Shown here piece after piece: positions 29,758-37,887 of a DNA stretch of 64,000 nucleotides (the stretch's first letter is position 1; each line of letters starts with the position of its first letter). The DNA comes from Chitinophaga pinensis (GTDB lineage Bacteria > Bacteroidota > Bacteroidia > UKL13-3): contig CALRNX020000003.1 of NCBI GenBank assembly GCA_943369665.1, positions 6,907-70,906 on the forward strand, in the 5' to 3' direction. Both the position numbers and the translations under genes were made by a program. The notes beneath the pieces were generated by a model. The model was not told where the DNA came from, searched no databases, and saw nothing but the letters and a program-made list of their open reading frames with translations.

Positions 29758-30396
29758 CTATTTTTTGAAGGCAAGCCCGGCATCGGATAATACTTTGGTA
29801 AGCTTGGGTATTGAAGCAGGTCCCATACCATGCAGTTTCAGAATATCAGCCGATTTGTATTTAGCAAGTTTGGCTAATGTGGTGATCTTTTCATTTTCCA
29901 ATGCACGCCTGGCCGGTGCGCTTAAAATGTTCATCCATTCACTTGCAGGTTTGCGGTTTTGTTCACATATCGGACAAGTTGGGCAATCACTTGATTTGAT
30001 AAACGTGTGCCCATTTTCACATGTTTTCTTTTTGCCTTTTTGGGCAGCTTTTTCTTCGTTTTGATTAACCCTATACAGTACAATTTTTCGAATCAGTGCA
30101 TGAGGGATTGGCTTATCAATCGGAAATTGAATAGCTCCTTTTGAGCTGTGGTACTGGGTTATATCCTCTTGAAAAGCTACAACACCTGCTGCTCCGGGAT
30201 AAAAACCAATATGGGTTTTGTATCCTCCGAAATGAACAAGATTACCGTTTAAAACAAAAGTAGGGATGCCATATTTCATCGCTTCCGTGGCTTTTGGCGC
30301 TGCTTTCTGAATGGTGTTTCGCACTTGTTGCAGCAGCGTTTGAACGGCTTTCGGAAAACTTAAAATATAATCATCAATGGAGTTGGCTGTATTCAT
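29758..30396 (-). CDS. DUF1801 (YdhG-like) domain protein fused to a Zn-ribbon and an RNAP-alpha-CTD-like HhH domain
   Basis: Start trimmed from 30498 to the ATG at 30396 (MNTANSIDDY). The DUF1801 core is KYGIPTFVLNGNLVHFGGYKTHIGFYPG. Followed by CENGH...CPTCPIC and then a C-terminal segment that aligns by eye with the rpoA CTD of this window. Confidence 0.7.
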   Translation of the reverse strand: MNTANSIDDYILSFPKAVQTLLQQVRNTIQKAAPKATEAMKYGIPTFVLNGNLVHFGGYKTHIGFYPGAAGVVAFQEDITQYHSSKGAIQFPIDKPIPHALIRKIVLYRVNQNEEKAAQKGKKKTCENGHTFIKSSDCPTCPICEQNRKPASEWMNILSAPARRALENEKITTLAKLAKYKSADILKLHGMGPASIPKLTKVLSDAGLAFKK

Positions 30397-30548
30397 AGCG
30401 TCAGTCTTTAGGATGCTCAAAATCGTGATTGAAATTGGTTTTTGCAATTTTTCAGATGAATTTTTTGTGTTTAATAATCTTGCAACAGATTGGTTCATAC
30501 GATAATTAGGATTCTAATAAGATTTTAATCAAATTGCTTGTTCTTAAA

Positions 30549-30594
30549 CTTAACAATTGCTTAACATTGTGGAGCAGGCATCAAATTACTTTTG
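30549..30594 (+). promoter_or_regulatory. Putative pit promoter with a 7-4-7 direct repeat (Pho-box-like architecture)
   Basis: CTTAACA (30549-55), ATTG, CTTAACA (30560-66). The adjacent TTG (30567-69) could be a -33 element, and TACTTTTG (30587-94) is a perfect TAnnTTTG box 17 nt later. The ATG is at 30614. Confidence 0.45.
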
Positions 30595-30613
30595 CCACAA
30601 ATCGTAAATAACT

Positions 30614-32017
30614 ATGTTTGGTTTAGATCCTACTCTCAGCACGTTACTCATCTTCTGTCTTTTGGCAGCATTTGCATTCGAATTTATCAACGGGTTTCAC
30701 GATACAGCCAATGCTGTAGCCACGGTGATCTATACCAATTCATTAAAACCATGGGCTGCTGTGGCATGGAGTGGGATATGGAATGCAATTGGAGTATTTG
30801 CGGGAGGAATCACAGTAGCAGTTGGTATTACAAGCCTGCTTCCCGTGGAAGTATTAACAGATACCAATATTCATCATAGTATAGCGCTGATCATGGCGCT
30901 GTTGCTTACGGCTATCATCTGGAATTTGGGTACCTGGTATCTCGGAATTCCGTGCTCAAGCTCTCATACTTTAATTGGATCTATTCTGGGGGTTGGGTTG
31001 GCCTATTCGCTAATTGCAGAAAATAAAAATGTTTCTTATGTAAACTGGAGCAAAGCTTCTGATATTGGATTGTCGTTGCTGGTTTCTCCATTGGTGGGTT
31101 TTAGTTTGGCTATTTTGTTGATGTATATTTTGCGCCAGGTAGTTAAAAATAAGTCGATATTTAAAGAGCCAAATACAACTGCTCCTCCACCATTCTGGAT
31201 CAGGGCCATTTTATTATTAACCTGTACAGGTGTAAGCTTCTCTCATGGTAGTAATGATGGACAAAAGGGTGTAGGATTGGTAATGCTTATTTTAATCGCA
31301 ATCGTACCGGGTTATTTCGCTATTAATGGCTCAAAAGATATTGATGATTATAAAAGGAACTTATCGTCTATTCAATCAATTATGGCCAAGGTTGATATGG
31401 AAAATATGAATGAAGCAGATAGTTTCGAATTTGCTAAGTTTAACAGATTGGTAAAAGGATTGGATGGAAGAATTGCTTACGCAAAAGAATTTGAATACCT
31501 TACAGCAAAGGAAAAATTTGCCATCCGTAAAGATGTGATCACGATTAGTAAAGCGAGCAAGAAAATGCTTGAGAGCCCTGATCTTGATTTGAGTGTTAAT
31601 GATAAATCGAAATTGAAAAAGCAAATAGAAGAGCTAAAATCTGTTACCGATTATGCTCCAAACTGGGTTATCTTGTTCATTGCTGTAGCATTGGGATTGG
31701 GTACAATGGTAGGTTGGAAGCGTATTGTTAAAACTATTGGAGAGAAAATCGGGAAACAACATCTTACTTATGCTCAAGGTGCTTCGGCCGAATTGGTTGC
31801 TGCAAGTACAATTGGATTGTCTACCTATTTTGGATTACCTGTAAGTACTACACAAGTATTGTCTTCCGGTATTGCAGGTAGTATGGTGGCAAGTAAAGGG
31901 GTTAAAAACCTACAACCTGCAACCATTAAAAGTATTGCTATTGCTTGGATCCTTACACTACCTGTGACAATTATATTGGCAGGTGGATTATTCTTATTAT
32001 TCCGTTTGGTATTATAA
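30614..32017 (+). CDS. Inorganic phosphate transporter, PiT family
   Basis: The two PiT signature repeats, GFHDTANAVAT and SHGSNDGQKGVG, flank a large hydrophilic central loop. 467 aa. Confidence 0.92.
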   Translation: MFGLDPTLSTLLIFCLLAAFAFEFINGFHDTANAVATVIYTNSLKPWAAVAWSGIWNAIGVFAGGITVAVGITSLLPVEVLTDTNIHHSIALIMALLLTAIIWNLGTWYLGIPCSSSHTLIGSILGVGLAYSLIAENKNVSYVNWSKASDIGLSLLVSPLVGFSLAILLMYILRQVVKNKSIFKEPNTTAPPPFWIRAILLLTCTGVSFSHGSNDGQKGVGLVMLILIAIVPGYFAINGSKDIDDYKRNLSSIQSIMAKVDMENMNEADSFEFAKFNRLVKGLDGRIAYAKEFEYLTAKEKFAIRKDVITISKASKKMLESPDLDLSVNDKSKLKKQIEELKSVTDYAPNWVILFIAVALGLGTMVGWKRIVKTIGEKIGKQHLTYAQGASAELVAASTIGLSTYFGLPVSTTQVLSSGIAGSMVASKGVKNLQPATIKSIAIAWILTLPVTIILAGGLFLLFRLVL

Positions 32018-32036
32018 TAGAATGAGCGATTTATGA

Positions 32037-32076
32037 AAAGAGGAGTGGAACAGATTGTTTCACTCCTCTTTTTTTG
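32037..32076 (+). terminator. Intrinsic terminator after the PiT gene
   Basis: AAAGAGGAGTG-(13-nt loop)-CACTCCTCTTT followed by a T-run. Confidence 0.8.
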
Positions 32077-32493
32077 GGACTTCCTTATGAGTAATGAGGT
32101 TTTTAACGAAATTCCTGCAGTATGCTTAAACGAAAAATTCATCAAAGCCAGCTATTCCTTATAACATAGCCTATAAGAAACCAATAATTATGCTAGTACT
32201 TCAATCGCTACTATATCAAACAAAAATGGCAGGGAAAAGAGAAGAAGGTTTTTACATAAATTACAAGCCATTCGACATTCTATGCAGGAAAAGTTGCGCC
32301 TATAAGTGTTGCAGTGTATTATATCGAAACAAAGCGTATTGGACTATATGTTTTATGTTGGCAGTATCCAATTGCAGTAGGCATGAGCAGAATGTTTAAA
32401 CGCCCCAATATTCGTCTTCCAATTATTTAAGTTGCTTTTTTGAAGTAGCTGTCGTGGTTGGATTGATATACCAAGCTAAATTTTAACGGAAGC

Positions 32494-32532
32494 AAAATGC
32501 CCAACATTGTTAAATATGTTGGGCATCTTTTT
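32494..32532. terminator. Hairpin terminator downstream of the porin gene (usable on both strands)
   Basis: ATGCCCAACAT (32497-32507), TGTTAAAT, ATGTTGGGCAT (32516-32526). Followed by CTTTTT on the + strand and preceded by AAAA (TTTT on the - strand). Confidence 0.7.
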
Positions 32533-32548
32533 GCATTTGCTGTTCTTG

Positions 32549-33727
32549 TTAAATCCCGATTTCGAGTTGGAAGCGTACCTGCCAAAAATTGGTTTTACCA
32601 GCGCCAATAATATCGTTGTATGTTACATCTGTTTGGAATTTTAAACGATGCCCACGTATAAATTTACCTACTACCACGGCATATTGTTTGATCTGCTTTT
32701 CGTATGAAGCAGCTTTTTCATCAGGAATTGTATTGCTGAAGCGACCAGCCAACATCCAGTTTCGTTTCCACAAATAACTCAAATCACCTACATACCCATA
32801 ACCTGTATACACATATTTTTGAGATTTACCATCGGGTGAAATTGTTAATGGGTTATCGCTTTGGCGTTTTATCAATTCACTGCTCAAAGCCCAGCCTTTG
32901 TATTTAAGCAAGATATCTCCTCCAAAATTGTGGTAAGAGGCATTTCCATACAATTGAGCACCAAGCGTTCCTCCTGTTCGGGTTGTATGGTCGTTAAAAG
33001 CATAATGTCCGGCAATTGCCAATTTGGGTGTTTTTTCACGAGCAAGGTCTCCTTCGAAGTAATCACCACCTTTGGTAAATTTTCCCAATGGTTGTATTTC
33101 TACTCTCGTTGAATACATTAATCCATAGTTGCTTCTTGCAACATTTCTTCCCTCCCCGTTGGTAATGGCTCCTCTTAGAATGTAATAAAAATCGTTGATG
33201 TTATTATTGTAATATAGTTGGACTCCATAATCCCTGTCGTTTGTAAACAGGGCATTTACGGCCGATCGGTCGGCAAATTGCAAATCACCTGAGGAAACAA
33301 TTCTTTGTCGGTTACCAGGCAATTTTGTTTGACCAATACCAAGGGTAAAATGAGAAGTAGGTTTGTAAAAAAACATCGCGTCACGTACAATATTGGGGTA
33401 TTGTGTCACGTCCCAATCCATATCCCCGCGAGAAAAAGAAAACTGAATGGCGTATGCAAATTTTGGGTTGTATACAAAACCATCTAAACGCAAACGTAGT
33501 CTGCGCACGATCATTTCAAACTCTTTAACAGAAAGGTCTTCATCATTTACGGAAACATACCCAACGCGGTTTTGCATCCTAAAACGAATATTGAGTGAAA
33601 AAATGCTATCACGTGGAGTGATGCCTACTCCATTGCCAAATGTAAAATAAGGCATAGGGTTATCGGCCGATTGCGAAAATCCTTTTAAAGATAAGAGCGT
33701 AAGCAAAAGCAGTAATCGTGTTTTCAT
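32549..33727 (-). CDS. Outer-membrane porin, possibly phosphate-selective porin O/P-like
   Basis: Signal peptide MKTRLLLLLTLLSLKGFSQ. Beta-barrel-like pattern with a RRLRLRLDG block and terminal strand WQVRFQLEIGI. Convergent neighbour of the PiT gene. Confidence 0.6.
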   Translation of the reverse strand: MKTRLLLLLTLLSLKGFSQSADNPMPYFTFGNGVGITPRDSIFSLNIRFRMQNRVGYVSVNDEDLSVKEFEMIVRRLRLRLDGFVYNPKFAYAIQFSFSRGDMDWDVTQYPNIVRDAMFFYKPTSHFTLGIGQTKLPGNRQRIVSSGDLQFADRSAVNALFTNDRDYGVQLYYNNNINDFYYILRGAITNGEGRNVARSNYGLMYSTRVEIQPLGKFTKGGDYFEGDLAREKTPKLAIAGHYAFNDHTTRTGGTLGAQLYGNASYHNFGGDILLKYKGWALSSELIKRQSDNPLTISPDGKSQKYVYTGYGYVGDLSYLWKRNWMLAGRFSNTIPDEKAASYEKQIKQYAVVVGKFIRGHRLKFQTDVTYNDIIGAGKTNFWQVRFQLEIGI

Positions 33728-33880
33728 ATGTTATTAAAAAGTGGTGCGATATTAATAACAAATGGATTCAATTAATATTTACTTAACACAAAATTAACAT
33801 TGAGACGCACGGCAAAGTAAAGCTAAAATTGCTGTTATACCTTGATAAATATAGTTCTAAGATAGTATTGTGTGTTGTTT

Positions 33881-33913
33881 TGAAAAAAGAAATGTTAACC
33901 AAAATTTAACATT
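33881..33913 (-). terminator. Weak intrinsic terminator after coaE
   Basis: AATGTTAA (33891-98), N7, TTAACATT (33906-13). On the - strand it is followed by TCTTTTTTC. The stem is AT-rich, so confidence is modest. Confidence 0.45.
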
Positions 33914-33920
33914 GGGATCA

Positions 33921-34502
33921 TTAATGGGTAAACAACTCATGTAGTTTGAGAACCTGAGGAATGAGTAATTGTTCCTCATCATTTTTAATTTCATACTGAC
34001 CACGTGCCAGTTTTTCTTCCTGCGTGAGTTGGTTTTTCATCCGGTTGAGCACTGATTCAAGGCTGGCTCCATCACGCGCAATTGTCCGTTCAATACGCAG
34101 TTTTTCGGGAGCAGTCACAACAATTACTTCATCAAGTTGCTTATAAGAATTGCTTTCAAACATCAATGCAGCTTCTTTGATCACATATGGAGTTTGCTGG
34201 GCGTTGCTCCATTCTTCAAAATCAGTAAACACCGCGGGATGTACCAATGCATTTAGCTGTGCTAGGATGGTTTTATCTGTAAAGGCTTTATCTGAAATAT
34301 GTTTGCGATTCAGCTCTCCGGATGGCAGATAGGCTTCGTTGCCAAAAAGTTGTTTGATGCTTTGAATTAAAGCGGGAGAGGTTACCATTAAAGATTTTGC
34401 CCTGGTATCGGCATCGTAAACCGGCACACCCAATGTGGCAAATATTTGCGTTACGGTACTTTTACCGCTTCCTATACTCCCGGTGATGCCAATTTTTTTC
34501 AT
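33921..34502 (-). CDS. coaE: Dephospho-CoA kinase
   Basis: 193 aa. P-loop IGITGSIGSGKSTV. CoaE-like length and layout. Confidence 0.9.
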   Translation of the reverse strand: MKKIGITGSIGSGKSTVTQIFATLGVPVYDADTRAKSLMVTSPALIQSIKQLFGNEAYLPSGELNRKHISDKAFTDKTILAQLNALVHPAVFTDFEEWSNAQQTPYVIKEAALMFESNSYKQLDEVIVVTAPEKLRIERTIARDGASLESVLNRMKNQLTQEEKLARGQYEIKNDEEQLLIPQVLKLHELFTH

Positions 34503-34514
34503 TTACCATTAGGG

Positions 34515-34576
34515 GTTAGCGGTTAGAGGACAGTGGTTAGTTAAAATTCACTAATCACTGTCCTCTAACCGCTAAT
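34515..34576. repeat. Near-perfect 27-bp-stem inverted repeat filling the yajC-coaE intergenic gap
   Basis: GTTAGCGGTTAGAGGACAGTGGTTAGT (34515-41), loop TAAAATTC, ACTAATCACTGTCCTCTAACCGCTAAT (34550-76). 25 Watson-Crick pairs plus two G:T positions on the + strand. Confidence 0.85.
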
Positions 34577-34578
34577 TA

Positions 34579-34896
34579 CTATTTCTTAGCGGGTGCATTC
34601 AATGCTTGTGAAGCTTCCATTGAAATAGCACTTCTGTCTAACTTTAAGCGTGTTCCTTCACTGTTTAGAATGAAAGTCGTTTCTTGTAAACGCTCAATTT
34701 TACCATGAACGCCACCAATGGTAATCACATTATCGCCTTCTTTCAATTCTTCTCTGAATTTCTTTTGGGCTTTATTTTTTTTCATTTGAGGAAAGATCAT
34801 GAAAAAATAAAATACCACCATAATTAAGATCAATGGAAGAAAAGAAGAAATTCCACCACCTGGTTGGCCCATTAATAAAATGTTTAAAAGTGTCAT
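34579..34896 (-). CDS. yajC: Preprotein translocase accessory subunit YajC
   Basis: 105 aa. One N-terminal TM, then the YajC-like PQMKKNKAQKKFREELKEGDNVITIGGVHGKI. Confidence 0.88.
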   Translation of the reverse strand: MTLLNILLMGQPGGGISSFLPLILIMVVFYFFMIFPQMKKNKAQKKFREELKEGDNVITIGGVHGKIERLQETTFILNSEGTRLKLDRSAISMEASQALNAPAKK

Positions 34897-34934
34897 GTTG
34901 TTATTGTTTGTTTATGTTGTGTGAATGATTTGTG

Positions 34935-35441
34935 TTAGTGAACGGGTATTTTGGTTGCATCTGCTCCTGGTTTAGGGTTAATAAAACCCCTGATCAGCAA
35001 AAGTGTTTCCAAAGGTTGTGTATTAGCTGTTACGGTTACGGCTTTTTCAAAAGCATCCAGGCGATAATCGCTGTTAAACTTTACTTTAATGGAACCAAAT
35101 GCTCCCGGTTTGATAGGTTCTTTTGGATAGTCAGGTACGGTGCAACCACAACTGGCCACAGCACTCGATATGAGCAGATCTTGTGTTCCGGTATTTTGAA
35201 ATTTAAAGCTATACTCGGCTTGCTCGCCTTGGGTGATGGTGCCGAAATCATGGTCTGTTTTTTCAAAGGTAATGACCGCTCCTTTGGTGTCGTCTGATGG
35301 TTTTGGAGCTGAACTGTCAGCCGTAATAGGGTTTGATACGATATCTGTTGAAGCTTTTTTAGGACCATCATTGCCACACGAAAATAAAACGCCAGCAATT
35401 AGGGTTGAATAAATTACGTTTCTTATCATACTTATAATCAC
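34935..35441 (-). CDS. DUF1573 domain lipoprotein
   Basis: Lipobox LFSCGN. FEKTDHDFGTITQGE...NTGTQDLLISSAVASCGCTVP is the DUF1573 hallmark. Confidence 0.85.
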   Translation of the reverse strand: MIISMIRNVIYSTLIAGVLFSCGNDGPKKASTDIVSNPITADSSAPKPSDDTKGAVITFEKTDHDFGTITQGEQAEYSFKFQNTGTQDLLISSAVASCGCTVPDYPKEPIKPGAFGSIKVKFNSDYRLDAFEKAVTVTANTQPLETLLLIRGFINPKPGADATKIPVH

Positions 35442-35529
35442 TTTAAGGTTTATTGTTTTTGTTTGAGGTTGTCCACAGTCAGCAACTCTGCTTATTGCAT
35501 TACGTTTACTATCTTCTTTTTTACTTGTT

Positions 35530-36474
35530 TTACTCCACCAGGCCGCGTCCTGTTTTGTTGATCTTATTTTCTTTTTTTAGGTCAATCTGCACTTTGTCCA
35601 ATACGCCATTGATAAATCCATGACTATTAGGAGTGCTGTACAATTTGGCAAGCTCCAGGTATTCGTTGATGCTAACTTTAACCGGAATATGCGGAAAACT
35701 TGTAATTTCACACAAAGCCAATTTCATTAATAAAAAGTCAACAACAGCGATCCTGTCGGTTTCCCAGTTTTTTGTTTTATCACCGATAAGTTTCGATAAC
35801 TCGTCTTCCTGTTCAATGGTTTTGCGGAATAAATCAATCATAAAATCCTTGTCATCACTACTCACGCTTGCTTCGGTAATAATATAATCACCGCTGCCGT
35901 CTTCTTTCATTAGGCTTATCGATTTGAGCAAAGCATTGGTAACAAGTACCTGATCGTCTTCCCAATTCATGAATTGTTCTTCCATGTATTTTTCAAACAG
36001 TTCGCTCTCGGCAATAAATATTTGGTAGATCTCCGACAACAGTTTCCGATCTTCATTAAAGCCATGATTCGGATTCTTGCTGTAAGAAGCGAAAAATTCG
36101 TTCTTCTGCAAATCGGCCCAGCTATTCTTAAACAGGTCGGAAGTACCTGTCCATTTGAGCTTCATGTCTTTCATTTTTGTATTGATGACTTCTGATTTTT
36201 CGAGCAATACAATACATTGATTGTTGTGCATGGCTTGCAATGGCACAATAATTTCTTCGGTAGGAAAATACTTAGAAGTTTGTTTTTCTAATTCCTTGTC
36301 AATGTAAAAACGAAATTCGGCAGGTAGCGATAGTAAGAAAATGTATAATTCGTAAGCCCTATCGAGGCTTTTAAGCATAGCTTTTTCATGCGTGGTGCGA
36401 TTAGGAGTTTCATCCTGGTGGTAGGCATACAAGGCCTGTAATACCTTGATTCGCAAAAATCTTCTGTTAAACAT
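35530..36474 (-). CDS. nusB: Transcription antitermination factor NusB (long Bacteroidota form)
   Basis: N-terminus MFNRRFLRIKVLQALYAY. The C-terminal NusB core has EYLELAKLYSTPNSHGFINGVLDKV. Confidence 0.85.
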   Translation of the reverse strand: MFNRRFLRIKVLQALYAYHQDETPNRTTHEKAMLKSLDRAYELYIFLLSLPAEFRFYIDKELEKQTSKYFPTEEIIVPLQAMHNNQCIVLLEKSEVINTKMKDMKLKWTGTSDLFKNSWADLQKNEFFASYSKNPNHGFNEDRKLLSEIYQIFIAESELFEKYMEEQFMNWEDDQVLVTNALLKSISLMKEDGSGDYIITEASVSSDDKDFMIDLFRKTIEQEDELSKLIGDKTKNWETDRIAVVDFLLMKLALCEITSFPHIPVKVSINEYLELAKLYSTPNSHGFINGVLDKVQIDLKKENKINKTGRGLVE

Positions 36475-36548
36475 GAAAAGAACCTTTTATTATTTTTTGT
36501 ATAGATAGTGTTGTGTTAAAATAACCCAACGTTTTGTTTTTTATAATT

Positions 36549-36588
36549 TAAAAAAATGAACAACCGGTATCGATACCAATTGTTCATT
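36549..36588 (-). terminator. Intrinsic terminator after the dehydrogenase gene
   Basis: ATGAACAA ... TTGTTCAT outer stem with an inner CCGGTATC/GATACC stem. On the - strand it is followed by a TTTTTT run. Confidence 0.7.
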
Positions 36589-36600
36589 TTGTCAAATATC

Positions 36601-37698
36601 TTAATAAGTAGCTTTTACGCTTCTCATATCAGCAATACGTTTTTCAGCTAATTCAATAGCCGCACGTTGTGTATGAATATTTTTAGCCGCAGCTTCTTTG
36701 TAAATACGCAAGGTTACATCATAAATGTGTTCGGTATTACGCATAGCTGTTTCGCGGTTGTAACCAATATGTTCTTGGTAAACGTTGATCAAACCACCCG
36801 CATTGATCAAAAAGTCTGGAGCATAAGCAATTCCTTTTTGAACCAACATTGGCCCGTGAACGTTTTCGTCTGCCAACTGATTATTAGCAGCACCTGCAAC
36901 GATCGCACATTTTAATTTTTCGATATTTTCAGTGTTTAACACAGCGCCCATTGCACATGGAGCAAAAATGTCAACGTCTAAGCTGTATATATCATCACCT
37001 TTAACAACTGTAGCTCCAAGTTCTTTGGCATAATGAGCCAATACGTTATCGTTGATATCGCTGATAAATAATTTGGCACCTTCAGCATGCAATCTTTCGA
37101 TCAAATGGCCACCTACTTTACCGATTCCCTGAACTGCGATCTTTTTTCCATTAAGACTATCACTTCCCCATACATGTTGGGCCGAAGCTTTGATTCCCAT
37201 GAAAGTTCCGTATGCTGTTACCGGTGATGGATCTCCTCCGCCACCCATTGATTCTGGTAAACCCACAACATGGTCTGTTTCCATGTTCACGTACTCCATA
37301 TCTTTGGTTGTTGTGTTTACATCCTCAGCTGTAATGTATTTACCGTTAAGGTTTTCGACAAAACGACCAAACTTGCGCATCAAAGCTTCTGTTTTGATGG
37401 TTGTTGCATCTCCGATAATAACCGCTTTCGCTCCACCAAGGTTTAAGCCTGAGATGGCAGCTTTATAGGTCATACCGCGCGATAATCGCAATACATCATT
37501 AATGGCTTCAGCATCCGAAGCGTAATTCCATACACGTGTTCCTCCCAATCCTGGGCCCAAAACAGTATTATGTATAGCTATAATAGCTTTTAACCCTGTA
37601 TGGTTATCTTGACAAAACACCAGCTTTTCATGGTCGTATGTAGTGAGCTGACTAAAAATGTCGAGGGGATTGCTTGTGTTAGCTGCTTGTGTTGACAT
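36601..37698 (-). CDS. Leu/Phe/Val-type amino-acid dehydrogenase (Glu/Leu/Phe/Val dehydrogenase family)
   Basis: 365 aa. Catalytic-lysine block LNLGGAKAVIIGD. Rossmann motif VQGIGKVGGHL. Length and layout typical of leucine dehydrogenase. Confidence 0.85.
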   Translation of the reverse strand: MSTQAANTSNPLDIFSQLTTYDHEKLVFCQDNHTGLKAIIAIHNTVLGPGLGGTRVWNYASDAEAINDVLRLSRGMTYKAAISGLNLGGAKAVIIGDATTIKTEALMRKFGRFVENLNGKYITAEDVNTTTKDMEYVNMETDHVVGLPESMGGGGDPSPVTAYGTFMGIKASAQHVWGSDSLNGKKIAVQGIGKVGGHLIERLHAEGAKLFISDINDNVLAHYAKELGATVVKGDDIYSLDVDIFAPCAMGAVLNTENIEKLKCAIVAGAANNQLADENVHGPMLVQKGIAYAPDFLINAGGLINVYQEHIGYNRETAMRNTEHIYDVTLRIYKEAAAKNIHTQRAAIELAEKRIADMRSVKATY

Positions 37699-37887
37699 AG
37701 ATTTTTGTATTACGATTAATTAAATAGAAGTTTGCAAAAGTAATTCAAAATTCGGGATTGACAAATTGGTTAATATCGTGCTTCACTCTTAGGATTGATG
37801 CGTATATTGGCGCTTTGTTTAATGCTGATTTTAGTCAGAACAAAACTAGTTTCTGCATTGTTCATTATAAATTGATAAGATAATCAT

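Noticed and set aside
32190-32399. 69-aa Cys-rich ORF in the orphan intergenic region
   Set aside because: It has no signal peptide, no recognisable motif and atypical composition. I kept it only as a note within the intergenic-region finding.
33891-33913. AATGTTAA-N7-TTAACATT palindrome considered as another copy of the TTAACA regulatory motif
   Set aside because: On the minus strand it is followed by a T-run directly after the coaE stop. This is most simply explained as the coaE terminator.
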